Assembly (NCBI GenBank): GCA_964019335.1
Contig: OZ025724.1
Span: 310,001 to 374,000, forward strand
From: Diplonema japonicum
Lineage: Eukaryota; Protista; Euglenozoa: Diplonemea
Length of the DNA: 64,000 nucleotides
Reading direction: 5' to 3'
In this document: positions 48,038 to 59,701 of the stretch, piece by piece
Layout of the letters: each line of letters starts with the position of its first letter
Numbering within the stretch: the first letter of the stretch is position 1
Translations under genes and position numbers: made by a program
Notes under the pieces: generated by a model
The model's input: only the letters and a program-made list of their open reading frames with translations
Databases searched by the model: none
What the model was told of the DNA's origin: nothing

Positions 48038-49458
48038 GAAAAAAAAAAAAAAAAAAAAACTCCAGGCCCTGCAATACTTTTCGAGGGGAATGGTCGAAAA
48101 AAAAAAAAGGAAAAAAGAAAAAAAAGAAAGGTGGAAAAAGCAACATAAAAAGAGGGGAAATTGTGCTCTTCAAACAGACTGGAGGGGGGGATAGGGAGAG
48201 GAGAGGGGGATAGCAGTTGCGAACTGCATCCCTTAGAATATGAAGTGTTTTTTTTTTTTTTTAAACCCATAGCACTCCAGGCGCAAATAAAGGACACGTT
48301 TTTGAAAAAAAAATGATTTTTTTTTTTTTCTTCTTTCCCCTCTAAGTACTTTTTCGTCCCCCCAAGAACCGTCTCCCACGCCCCCGGAGTGTTATGGGTT
48401 AAAATAAGAAACAAAAGCAAAGATGGGGGGGGGGGGGGCTGCGGCGTGAGTCGCTCACATTTCTTCATCTTCTTCATCGGGGAAAAAAAAAAAAAAAAAA
48501 AAAAAAGAAAAAAACCAATCACACATTTCCGTCTTTAGTTTAACCTTTTTACTCAGCCTCAAAAATGAAAGAAAATAATCATCTGCTCTACAAGAAACAG
48601 GAGGTGGTGGCAACGTTTATATATATCATTCTTTTGCACTCCACGCAGACAAAAGGCAAATCCACATCTATCTTGTATAAATCAAGAAACTGCCAGCTAA
48701 AGGCCTAAAAGACTACACATACGTTCAAAAGAGGAAGAAGAAAAAAAAGAAATTGCTGCGAAAATCTAATCAAAGACGAGAGAAACATTTTTAAAAAAAA
48801 AAGGTGCCTTTATTTCTTTGAGTTGTGTCGTTGATTGGGCCCCACAGACAAACGGAAATATTCACAGCTCTTCAAGAAAAAAAAAGGGGGGGGGGAAACC
48901 AGTCAATAGGAAAACTCCTCGGAAAGAAAGGGGTCAATCTTCCGGATTTTCTTTCCGCAATTCTTCCGCAAAATTGCTTTTTTCGTTTTCGCTTTTTTTT
49001 TTTTTTTTTTTTTTCCATGGGGACTTTTGAGCTTTTTTAAGGGAGAAAAAAAAAGAGAAGAGAAAAAAAAAAAAGAGAGGAAAAAAAGGGGGAAAGGTGT
49101 CCCTTAAAAGATTTTTTTTTTCTTCTCTTTTTTTAGAATGATTTACAGCCAACGAGGGGAAAATCTAGGGGGTGGGGGTGGGGGGATATTTTAGATTCTA
49201 GAACCGGGCACCACGAAAAAAATAGGGGGCTCAACTTATTATGGTTTTTTGGGAGTACTGGATTTGGACTTAATTATGAAACAAATTGTGTTTTAAACAG
49301 ACAAACTATTCTGAGACCGCAGGGATCCCCCAAGCCAAGCCTTGTTTAAAAACAGCCGAAATGATTTCAGAGTCGTGAATTTGAAAAAAAAAAAAAAAAT
49401 AAAACCATCGCCTACCGCCAAGGATTGGTCCCGTGAATCATTGATTTTTTTTTTTTGA

Positions 49459-50040
49459 CTATTTACTAAATAAAAATCAGATTACCTGATTTTTACGAGG
49501 AATTCTTTTTTTTTTTTTTGTAAAAATCTGGCTGATTTTTATTTAGTATGATATTTTTACTTAATTTTTGTAAAGTTAAATGAGGAAATTTCGGACACTG
49601 TGAACCCTTTATGTTCACTTCTGCGAAATGTTCACACTGATGTCAAAACTAAGCCTGACTGCCTGAGAAGGCGATGTCAAATTGACAGAATTCTGTAGGT
49701 TTTGTGTAATTTGTGTCGGCACTTGATCATCGCTCTTCAGAAACTGCTGGTTTTGCGCAGGTCTGACTTCCAGCCAGAATAGCAGGTTCCTTCATTAACA
49801 AGGTATTGTGCAAAAGAACGCCTGTATGCATGGCCAGTGTAATTTTCGGCATTTGCCAGCCTCAGGTGTGATGCTTGGTGGCCCGGAAACGTGGTAAAGT
49901 GTGTTTATGCCTCTTTTGCCTCGGATGCTTGACTGTTTTTTGCCTCAGATACCTGACTCTGGTTTGGGTTGGTTGGGTTCGTCTCATATTTTGAGAGGCG
50001 ATTAATGTATGTGTCGAGCGACGTTTTTGTAAAAGCGCAA
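49459..50040 (-). mobile_element. Family H2, inverted partial copy
   Basis: Near-identical reverse complement of ~45448-46101 with the hairpin centre deleted. Confidence 0.9.
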
Positions 50041-50043
50041 CAT

Positions 50044-50120
50044 GCCGTAGCCCAGTGGTTATGTCGTCGCACTCGTCTCCTGGAGACGCTAGATCAAATC
50101 CTGGACCCCGAACTTTTTTT
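50044..50120 (+). pseudogene. tRNA-like sequence (Pol III A/B boxes) without a proper acceptor stem
   Basis: TAGCCCAGTGG (A box) and GATCAAATCC (B-box-like) at tRNA spacing, followed by a T run. Confidence 0.4.
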
Positions 50121-50831
50121 CGATAAAATCGGGGTCAAAAAAAACGGTCCCTCGGGGAACCTGGAGAAAGTTAATAGTAAAATGGCTCTCCGTCCTAGAT
50201 AAAAGTGATACCTTCGTTCAAAAATCGTCAAGGAATGGGTGGCATTTGACCCATTTTTTTTTTTTTTTTGTTTCAGCGCAATGAGCTATTTTATTAGGTA
50301 AAATCCCGCTCGTGCGCACAAAACTTTTAACAGGACGGGGGGGGGGGGGGGGGGGTGTACTAAGTCGCCCAAATTCTGCCCACATAATCTTCTTTCGGGG
50401 GATAAAAAAAAGGGGGGGGGTAAACGCAAAAGCACTGATAAATTAAAGCTTTAGCCCCGCATTTCTCTTTTTTTTTTCTTTTTTTTTTTTCCCCTGCTCG
50501 AGCAAAGCACAGTACAGTGGCGGGAGGAAGCACTATTAAACCCAAATAAAGTGAAAAATACTCTTTTTTTGCTCGGCACAAGAAAAAAAAAAAGAGGAAG
50601 AGAAAAGAAGGGGGGGGGGGGAAGAAGGAAAAAAATGGATGACAATTTATCGTTCATCTTTCGCTTTATTTTATGCCCCCCCTCCCCCCCCCCCCCCCTT
50701 TCCATGACAAAGAATTTTAACCATCTATCCGAGACTATTTAAAAGAAAATAAAAAAAAAATAAAAAGAAAGAAAGAAAAAATGCAAAGAAGCAATCAGAA
50801 AAGTGTATCTGACTTTGCCTTTGTTAAGAGA

Positions 50832-50877
<46 letters not shown>

Positions 50878-51282
50878 AGAAAACAGCAAGGTCCGGGGTC
50901 AAAAGTTCCAAACAAAAGAAAAAAAAAAGAAAATCGTTCCCCCAAGATGAGGAGAAGAGTTAATGCAAAAGACGTTAGTGTTGGGCTGGGGGGCACACCC
51001 CCCGAGTCTTCACTATAAATGTCACTTTGATATTTCCTCTTCATCTTCACCCAATCGCAAAAAAGAAAAAAAAGGGGGGGGGAACGAGCCAGCAGTGACT
51101 CACCTACTGCAGATAAATCATTAATTATACTGGCTAGGCCTAGGGAGGAAGAAGTGGAAATAGGGGGGGGGGGGGAGGTGGTGTCCTTCCCACGAGGGTG
51201 AGAGACCTCATTCACCCTTCCTCGAGTTTCTTAGCAAGTCTCGTGCTGTCTAGTTCCTAAACGGAAAAAGTCAGTAAAACGT

Positions 51283-51323
<41 letters not shown>

Positions 51324-52469
51324 TTTTTTGTTTTTTGTTTTTTGTTTTTTTTGTTTCTGTAAAGCGAAAAGAAAAATCTTTCGGTTTTACAAGATTTTGT
51401 TTCACGCAGTGACGGGGTTTTTACTTTTCCCCCCTCCCCCTTTTTTTTTCTTTCTTTTTTTTTTTTTTCTTGCTCCCAAAAACAAAAACCCTATCGTGTG
51501 ACAGATCTGATGGGCACAACAGTAGCAAAACAGGTTTAACTTTTTTTTTTCGCTTTGGGGGAAAAACGAAAAACGAGGGGGGGGGAGAAAAGGAAACCCC
51601 TTTATTGAAGAAAACGCTTTTTTTTTTTTTTTTTTTTTCCGCCACCCCTTTGGCTCCCAGTGATTTTTGGTAGCATAAGGGATAGGCAACGAGAGGGGTT
51701 AAGGCACCAATGTAGGTAGGTATTCATAGACTAGAAAATAGCAAGACAATAGTTAGATTTTTTGTTTTTCTTTTAGTGGGAGGGGGAGGGAATTTTCTTT
51801 CTTTCTTTCTTTCTTTTTTTTTCTTTTTTTTTTTTCTTAAAACCATCTAGAAACGGCTGTTTTTAAGGGGGGTAAAAGTTAAAAAAAAATTAGTATCTAC
51901 ACCCGACACATTACATGCCTTATCCACGGAGCCAATCCTTTTCCCGACTCCTGTCTTTTTTAAAAAGTTCACTTCCGTGATAGGGTGTGTTGCTTTGAAA
52001 ACCCCCGTGTTGTATATTTGCTCGTTTCTAGAGAGTTAAAAGTAGAACTAGCATACGAACTTTTTTTTCTCTTTTGTTGGGGGGGGGGTGAATCACTGTA
52101 ATGCGAACAGTGATTATCGCAGCACTGCCTACCCAATGATGCTCCTCTGGGGATAATAGCTTTGAAAACTCGTAAAAAAAACCTAAAAATAAAGTAGAAG
52201 TGATTTTTTTTTTCCCTTTTTTTTTTCCCCTTCTTTGTTCGCACAAGGATATACAAGCTCTTGTTACCCCCTTTTTTTTTGTTTGATCTAATTGCATAGG
52301 GGGAGGGGGTGGGGGGGGGGAGAAAAGAAGAAAAAAATTGCTTTTTTTTTTTGTGCGCCAATCGGGTTACAAGTAAAAATTTTCGTCCAATAAAGAGATT
52401 ATTTTCTTGTTTTTTAAAAAAAAAAAGCAAAAAAAAACACGTAAATCTCAAAAAGAAAGGGAAAAAAAA

Positions 52470-52746
52470 GGTGTCTTTGAAGGGAACCTGCAGTATGTGA
52501 CAGGATCGCCTAACGACAATCAACTCATCTAGTGTTTGATCCCTTCTGTCGTGGTAGTGCCTTAGGCCCGTCGTAGTATCTCATCAGCAGCTTGGGCGTG
52601 AAACCGACTAGCGAGTTGTTGAGGATGCAATGCGTTCGCAGTTGCTCCTCTAGGATCGGGTGGGTTGCCTTCGGGGACGCGAAGACCGGACGAGTGGAGT
52701 ATCCAATGATGGAATGGCTGTGGAGCCCCAGGGTACGCAGTGAGTG
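52470..52746 (-). mobile_element. 5'-truncated 3' end of a third non-LTR family (C)
   Basis: Manual translation gives HSLRTLGLHSHSIIGYSTRPVFASPKATHPIL...KGSNTR* (TGA 52527-52525). This aligns with VHTLRHLGGPTAHGYDRRPLFSSSQTPPYL of family B and is followed by a ~55-nt tail found repeatedly in the window. Confidence 0.7.
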
Positions 52747-52968
52747 AAAAAAAACAGTTTTTATAATTACAATAACTTTAAACTACTACGGAAAAAAAAA
52801 AAAAAAAAAGAAATCGACAATACCGCGATAATTCTTTTTTTTTTTTTCCCCATATTCAAAGCACAGTTCTTTCCACAAGTTATCGAGAAGGGTGGGAGGG
52901 GTGAAAGAAAAAGGAGGGGGAAAAAAAAAGCATTTTTGGTTTGCCTTTTTATTTGATTTGATTGGAGG

Positions 52969-53013
<45 letters not shown>

Positions 53014-53577
53014 AAAAAGAAAATAGTTAATAAGAGAGAGGGAGTAATTGAAGAGAAAACTAGACAGTTAATGGTTTGCGGTTGCACGCCCACCAGCTAG
53101 TCCTACGGCCTCGAAAAAAAAAGGGGGGGGAAACGGGCAGAAGAAACACGTATCTCAAAAGTCAAAGGTTTTCAACTTCGACATCCTAGGCAAGCTTTTT
53201 TTTTTTCTTTTTTTTTTTTTTTTTTGGAAAGGGCTTTCGCAATTTATGCCCTTAGAAAAAAAAAAAAAGAGATAAAAAAGAAGAAGAAGAAAAAACCTAT
53301 TGAGCCCTTAGAGATAATATGAAGCGTTATATTTAAAAAGAAATCAGGGCGTAGAAGCACCTATGAAAAAGGGGGGGGGTAAAAAGAAAAGAATTTGGAA
53401 AGAAGTGTGTGTGTAGGGAGAGGGAGAAGGGGGGGGGGGGGGGAGGGAAAATAAATTCACTATGATAGGAACGAAGTGGTTAGCAACGGCCCAATAAACA
53501 TTTTTTCTGGCGCCTAGTTTTTTTTTTTTTTTAATTGGGCAAAAACGGACTTTTCCGGAGGGGGGGAAAAAAAAAAA

Positions 53578-53892
53578 AATGGGGCTTTGATTGCAACACT
53601 AAGCGTTAAGCGTGCAACGAAGCACGAACTACCTACTTGATTACAGGGGGCGCTCCTCGGCCGAGCAGTAGCTTCTTCTGCGTTCCGCGTCGCGTCCTTA
53701 ATGCGTGCGGTGTGCTCAACCCTAGCCAGGGCGTCCCGGGTAACCAAGATTCTGCGCTCGTGCAGTTTGTCACCCTGAGCATCTGGGTTACGTGCTTCCA
53801 CTCGGGCGCTACCGGTGATGACCGACGAGGAGGTCAACAGCGAACAACACATCTGATGTACTTCTTATATTTGCATGCTATCCCCACCACCT
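53578..53892 (-). repeat. Family S long copy with third tail type
   Basis: Body matches 15558-15830. The terminus (plus strand) AATGGGGCTTTGATTGCAACAC..GCGTTAAGCGTGCAACGAAG is also seen solo at ~13183 and ~18788. Confidence 0.85.
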
Positions 53893-54020
53893 TAAAAAGG
53901 GGGGGAAAGAGCAAAATATAGAATTCACTATGATGGGAAGGGGGGGGGGAACACATCACACAACAAACACACAAAATCATATTTTCTTTCCAAGAAAAAA
54001 AAAATCTTTTTTTAAAAAAA

Positions 54021-54577
54021 TCACGCACGGGCGTACAGCACAGCGGCAGTAAGTCTCCTACTGGCAGTTGTGGAAAGTGGCAATGGAGTGCATAGTTTGC
54101 TATACTCCTCTTTGGAAATGAAAACATCCCAATCGAGGACAGAGAGGAAGTGTCGTTCCATCACGTTCAGGTTCGCAAGGGCCACACCACCGTATTTCGC
54201 AACATACTTATTAGGGAATATGAGGTCTGAAGTGCACTTCATGGCCACCATGTAGCCGCACAGCACTACCCGGTGTACCGTAAGCGGGGTGACCATTTTT
54301 GGTGCCTTCGACCAAAATCTTTTGATCAAAACATAAGCTGCCTTCCACACCTTTGTGCTCTCTTTCAATTTCATAAAAACTCCCCTACACATGTAGTCAT
54401 ATAATGTAACAGCAGGCACTTCTGAGGAGGCGAACTCCGCCCCCATGTCGCCTGGTGCATGAACAAGGTCAGCATTTTTTGAGGCCATAAACGCAACACA
54501 GCGACTTACATTTTCTACCACCAGACTGTACTCCACACTGTTTTTAGGGCTGCTTGCTGGGCTGTTTGGTTCACTCA

Positions 54578-54578
<1 letters not shown>
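54021..54578 (-). CDS. PHO80-like / U-type cyclin, paralogue 3 (185 aa)
   Basis: Start MSEPNS after an A-run. Motifs VPAVTLYDY, LTVHRVVLCGYMVAMKCTSD, NKYVAKYGGV..LNVMERHFL. Confidence 0.92.
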
Positions 54579-54608
<30 letters not shown>

Positions 54609-55878
54609 TGTGGAAAACTTTTTTTTTTTTAAAAAGAGGGGGAGGAACAACTTCAAATATAATATTGTATGAGTTACAAAAAAAAAAAAAAAAAAAAAAA
54701 AAAAAGGAGAAAGAAAGAAAGAATGGGAAAAAAAAAAAAAAAAAAAAGGAGGTCTTTGTAAGACACCCCTCCTCCACCCTGTTCTCATTTGTGAATGGGG
54801 ACGAGGAAACCAAGGAGGAAAGTAATTTTTTTAAAGAGAAAGAGATTGGGGGGGGGGGAGAAAAAGAAAGCGGAGAGGAAGAGGTAAGTAAAAATAGAGC
54901 CTTTGTGTAAAAAAAGAGGAGGGAAAAAGGAGAAAGGCGTGTAAACTAGAGAGGGGTAAGTAGGTAGATAATATAGGGGGGGGGGTATAATTATTTCGCG
55001 TTGCAGCTGGGAGGGGTGCAACAAAATATGACATTGAGAAGAGAAGACAAAAAATCTGCCGAGTTGTGCACAAAAAAGAAGAACAAAGTCCTTCCTCTTT
55101 CGTTTTTTCCCCCCTCCCTTCTTTTCTTTGTCTCACATCAGGCAACGAATTTTGTCCAAAGCCAGAAGCTTCTGAACGAGTTGCAAGGCTGCAAGAAAGA
55201 GAAATATAAGAGATAAAGAAAGCCAGTGTTGATGGCGCCCTGTAGTAAGAAGAAGAAAAGAAGAAAAGAAAAAAAGAAAAACGATTTTGACTGCAGTTTT
55301 TGGCCTAACGAGAGATTCTGCAGTACAAAGGAGAAAAAAAAAAAGAGAGAAAAAAAAAGAACAAAAAGAAGTTGCGTGCGGACTAAAATTGGTAGCACAG
55401 GAGAGATGAGAATATTATTATAATAAATAAAAATAAAAATTAAAAAAGTAGACACTCCACGGGGGGGGGGGGGGGGGGGGTGTTAATTACACATGAGAAT
55501 ATTTTTCTTAAAAAGTATTTTAAAAAAAGGGAAAAATATCAAGAGGGTGGTTTTTTTTTCTCTCTTTTTTTTTCCCACTTGAGGAGGAGTTTGTTAGTTT
55601 TACAAAAAAAAAAAAAAAAGAAAGAAAAAAATTCACCATGAGGAGAAAGTGCTAGCCGAACACACCACAGCGGCGTGACCCAGCCAAAATAATAATAATA
55701 ACAATAATAAAAAAAAAAAAAAGAAGGGAGAGAGAAAAACAATGGCGATGGTTTAGGGCAAATCCCACTTGAGGACCACTCAGGAATAATAGGGATTTTA
55801 AGAAGCTCTGTAGAAGCTTCCCTTTTTTTTTTTTTTTTTTTCTTTTTTTTTTTTTATAAATATTATTCTCGCGCGAAA

Positions 55879-55931
<53 letters not shown>

Positions 55932-55934
<3 letters not shown>

Positions 55935-56130
55935 TCGGCTGATTGTTTGTGCAAGCCGGCCCCCTCCGGGTATAGTATAACCGACAACTCCGACGGGTCG
56001 ATGTCTGCGCAAGCCATATTTTTGTTTGTGCAAGCCGTTTTCACCTACAGTAGGGATAAACGGACAAGCTGCCTCTACTCTTTTTTGCAATAACAATTCT
56101 TTTCAAAAATTTGTTTACTTGTTCCAGCAA
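55932..56130. repeat. Family R copy
   Basis: Matches 14429-14660 with the GC-rich part of the insert deleted. Confidence 0.85.
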
Positions 56131-56254
56131 AAAAAAAAAAACAACAACAACAAAACAAAAAAATCATTTTGCTTGTTTTATTTTTGTCAATGTATTTTCT
56201 TTCTTTCTTTTTCTTTTTTTCTCTTCTTTCTTTACTTTTTTTTTTTTTTTTTTT

Positions 56255-56670
56255 TTTTATTTTACTCCAGTCAGATTTTCAACTGTGGGAGACTAATATT
56301 TTCACTTTATGCTTGGTTTAGGAGGAAAACAGGGGCAGGGATGAAAATTACTCTATGAGTGAATATAAAATTCACCATATTCACGACACTAGCCCCATTT
56401 TCACTCACCGAGTCCGGCGGCACAGTATCAACCATAAGCACCCCCAGTAAAATTTGTAACTTGTAACCTGAAATACCCACTTTTCAAATCTGACTGACGT
56501 TAAATAAAACAACGGATTTAGTGAAAATAGATCCGATTTTTCACTTGTGGTGGCATGTTTAACTTGACGTTACTTTACTCGCTGCGCTCGTGAAGTCATA
56601 TACCCACTCGTTAAACCACTGCCACCACGCGTTGATAAATTATACGATCTTATTTTCACTAAATAAATAG
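56255..56670 (+). mobile_element. Inverted repeat + terminal hairpin element, family H3
   Basis: TTTTATTTTACTCCAGTCAGATTT...GTGGG / CCCAC...AAATCTGACTGACGTTAAATAAAA inverted pair. Then the hairpin TTTAGTGAAAATA...ACTCGCTGCGCTCGT...TATTTTCACTAAA, ending AATAAATAG. Confidence 0.75.
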
Positions 56671-56806
56671 TGTTATTTCTTTTTTTTTTTTTTTTTTTTT
56701 TTTTTTCTTTTTTTTTTTCTTCCTTAAAACCCACCTATTGACCATAGTTTGCTTGACCGTCGCTTGCTACAGATCACCGTTTTTGTACAAAGCGGTATTC
56801 TCCTTC

Positions 56807-56837
<31 letters not shown>

Positions 56838-56982
56838 TTTCCCTTAAAACTTTTACAGGCTGTCACAGAAGAATGAAGATAAATAAATAGGCAGTTGCCC
56901 GTATTATCGACTGGTAAGGACTATGGGGGTGTCACTAGGTTGGAGTGAGGTTTTTCTTTTCTTTTTTTTTTTTTTTTAGAAT

Positions 56983-57686
56983 CATAGTAACCGATCACCT
57001 TCGGGTTTTAAAACCCGACCCGAGCAATTTTAGATTTTCGATCACTGTCGGGTTAATGATGGGTTTTTTTCTAATTTCGGATCGGTTTGATTGGTCCAAA
57101 ACCCATATTTCTGGCAAAAAATATCAAGACCATGCTCAAATTCTTTTTTTTCAAAAACCCTATTTTGACGATCTGAGCCCATTCCAGCCATTAAAACCCA
57201 AAATAGAGCCTTATTTAAGGCTTTAAATGCAGTTTTGAAAAAACTGGTTTTCAGACTTGTTATTATGTACCGGGTCAGGGTCTGTTTATGCGCACGAGCG
57301 GAATTTTACCTAATAAAAATAGCTCATTACGCTGCCATCAACTAGTTTTTTTAGCGCGGCTTCGCAACGGTACGCGACAGCCTACCTCTGCAGACGTGTC
57401 TGAGGGGGAATGATCCTCCTGTTTTAATTTTTGATTTTCGATTTTTTTTTGTTTTTTCGCTTTTAATTCCCGCCAAAAAAAGCGAAAAAACAGCTTTTCG
57501 GGAAAATAATCCTTTTCTAAGTCGTTTTGATGCTCCCTGGGGTCGGCTTTGTGTATCTGGGGGGGGGCCGGGATACGAATATAAGGGTTTTAAGCATGGT
57601 TGCATGCTCGCTTTTCATTTGACGTCAATTTAAAACCCGATTGTAATTAAAAACCCGCGGGTGATCGGTTAACCCTGGATACTATG
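56983..57686. mobile_element. MITE-like element with CATAGT...ACTATG ends and apparent 6-bp TSD TAGAAT
   Basis: Inverted AACCGATCACC.CGGGTTTT / AAAACCCG.GGTGATCGGTT near the ends; TAGAAT at 56977-56982 and 57687-57692. Confidence 0.65.
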
Positions 57687-57807
57687 TAGAATAGTTTTTT
57701 TTTGTTCAAATCGTTACATTTTCGGGGGGGGGGGGGGGGGGGGGGGAGGAGCAAGGAGACAAACAAAAAAGAAAAAATATTGTCGCCCCTCTCCGTTATT
57801 TGTCAGC

Positions 57808-57842
<35 letters not shown>

Positions 57843-58002
57843 GATTGGAGTATCTGAAAAAAGCCTAGTTGTGACCCCTCGTTTGGTGCTGACCAAATAT
57901 ACATGTTCGCAAAAACTAAATTGCTGTAAATTGGAATGTTTTTTTTTTTTTTTTTGTTTCTCTCACTCTTTTTTTTTTAAAAATTATTATTAAGTTCCTA
58001 GT

Positions 58003-58045
<43 letters not shown>

Positions 58046-58567
58046 GACCTAACCATTTTAACGACTAGGAATTCTTGATTTTTTTTTTTCTCTTTTAAAT
58101 ATTTATCCCAAAGACGGTTATAGCAAAGAAGAAAAAAAAAAAAAAAAAAAGAGGGGGTAAAAAAAAAAAGAAATATATTTAGAGGGAAGCAAAAACCCCT
58201 CAAACTTTTTTTTGACTCATATTTAGTCAAAGACGGCTAACAGCCGTCTAAGCGCTCTTCGATATATTATAGGGGGGGGGGGGAGGGAAGGGAGGAATGG
58301 GGAATAGTATTTAGGATTCTTCCTCTCTTCGTCTTTCTCTTTTTCCCCCCTCCATTTCCCTTTTTCTCTTTCTTATTTTTTCTCCCCCTCTATAAAAAAA
58401 GGGGGTAAAGGGGTTGGAAAGCAGGGGGGGGGGGGGGGGGGGGGGGGGAACACGGGTACCCCTTTTTTTTTTCTTCAAGTTCGTGTTGCTGTAGCAGCTT
58501 TCCAACAGCAGGAAACTGTCTATTCAAGCAAATATACCCCCGTTCCGGGGATATGGAACTTATTGTT

Positions 58568-58628
<61 letters not shown>

Positions 58629-59639
58629 GTGTATTTTGTTTGAGCACACGGTATAAATCCTGGGATAATACTGCATGATATACAACTCTACAATTCTTTT
58701 TTTTTTTTTTTTTTTGCTTCCTAAAAATGACTTGTATAAATGACTTTAAAAAAGTCCACTTTCCTTTAAAGTTCTTTAAAGGAAAGAGAGGGGAAGGGGG
58801 GAGAGAGCTCCTCCACCCACCCTAGTGAACACAGAGGTGGGGTATAATATAACAGTCAGGAAACACGTGTAAATGAATGGGAAGAATGGAGGAGGAAAAA
58901 AAAATCCTCCAACTGCTAACAATCCTGCATCCAAGAAAAATGAGAAGAAAAAAAAAAGAAAAAAGAAAAAGAAAAAAAGAGGGGGGGGAAAAAAAGGGAA
59001 CTGGCTTTTGGGTTTTTTTTTTTTTTTTTATAGAAAAAGTCAAAGACTCGTTCTTCTTGGGGGGTGGGGGGGAAGGAGGGAAGTAAAGTGGGCATTAAAA
59101 AAAAAAAAAAAAAAAGAATAAAAAAAAGAAGCTTATTGGGAGGACACCTGCTGCTTTCTATAGCTGGTTCAGTGACACAACACGTAAGCTGCTTCATGAG
59201 AAGAAGAGGGGAAAAAAGAAAAAAAAAAAAGAGAGCATTTTGCTGTACAGGCCTTTCATGACCAGGTTCCTGCAAGCTACGTTGGGAGGGAGAAGATGGA
59301 ATAAGAAGAAGAAGAAGAAGAAGAAGAAGAGGAAGGGGAGCACCCTAAGACGTAGACCCTGGAAGCTTTCTTTATTGGGGGGGGGGATAGTCAAGCAAAA
59401 CAAAAAAAACCATTTTTTTGAATTATTATTTTTTTTCCTGGGGTGGGGTGGGGGGGGGAAGGAAAGGAAAAAGAAAATCTCTTTCCCTTTCCCCCGTTCT
59501 CTCCCCCCCCCCCCCCCCCCCCCCGCGCCCAAAAAAATTGAACGCCTTTTGTTGTGCAGGGGGAGGGCGCGGAAGAATAAGCCCAGCAATGCTATCTCAG
59601 CTCTTATTTTACGGCAACTAGTTATTGGAATAGTTTTTT

Positions 59640-59671
<32 letters not shown>

Positions 59672-59701
59672 TTCCCTGTTCAAGCAAAATAGTAATTTTA
59701 A

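Noticed and set aside
52540-52620. Hammerhead ribozyme (CTGATGAG on the minus strand)
   Set aside because: There is no properly placed GAAA or stem II, and the sequence is explained as LINE-C coding remnant (LLMRYY).
57286-57346. Spliced-leader RNA or snRNA gene for the short recurring motif
   Set aside because: It does not match the euglenozoan SL core (CAGTTTCTGTACT). The copies are variable, palindromic and in both orientations, like a mini-MITE.
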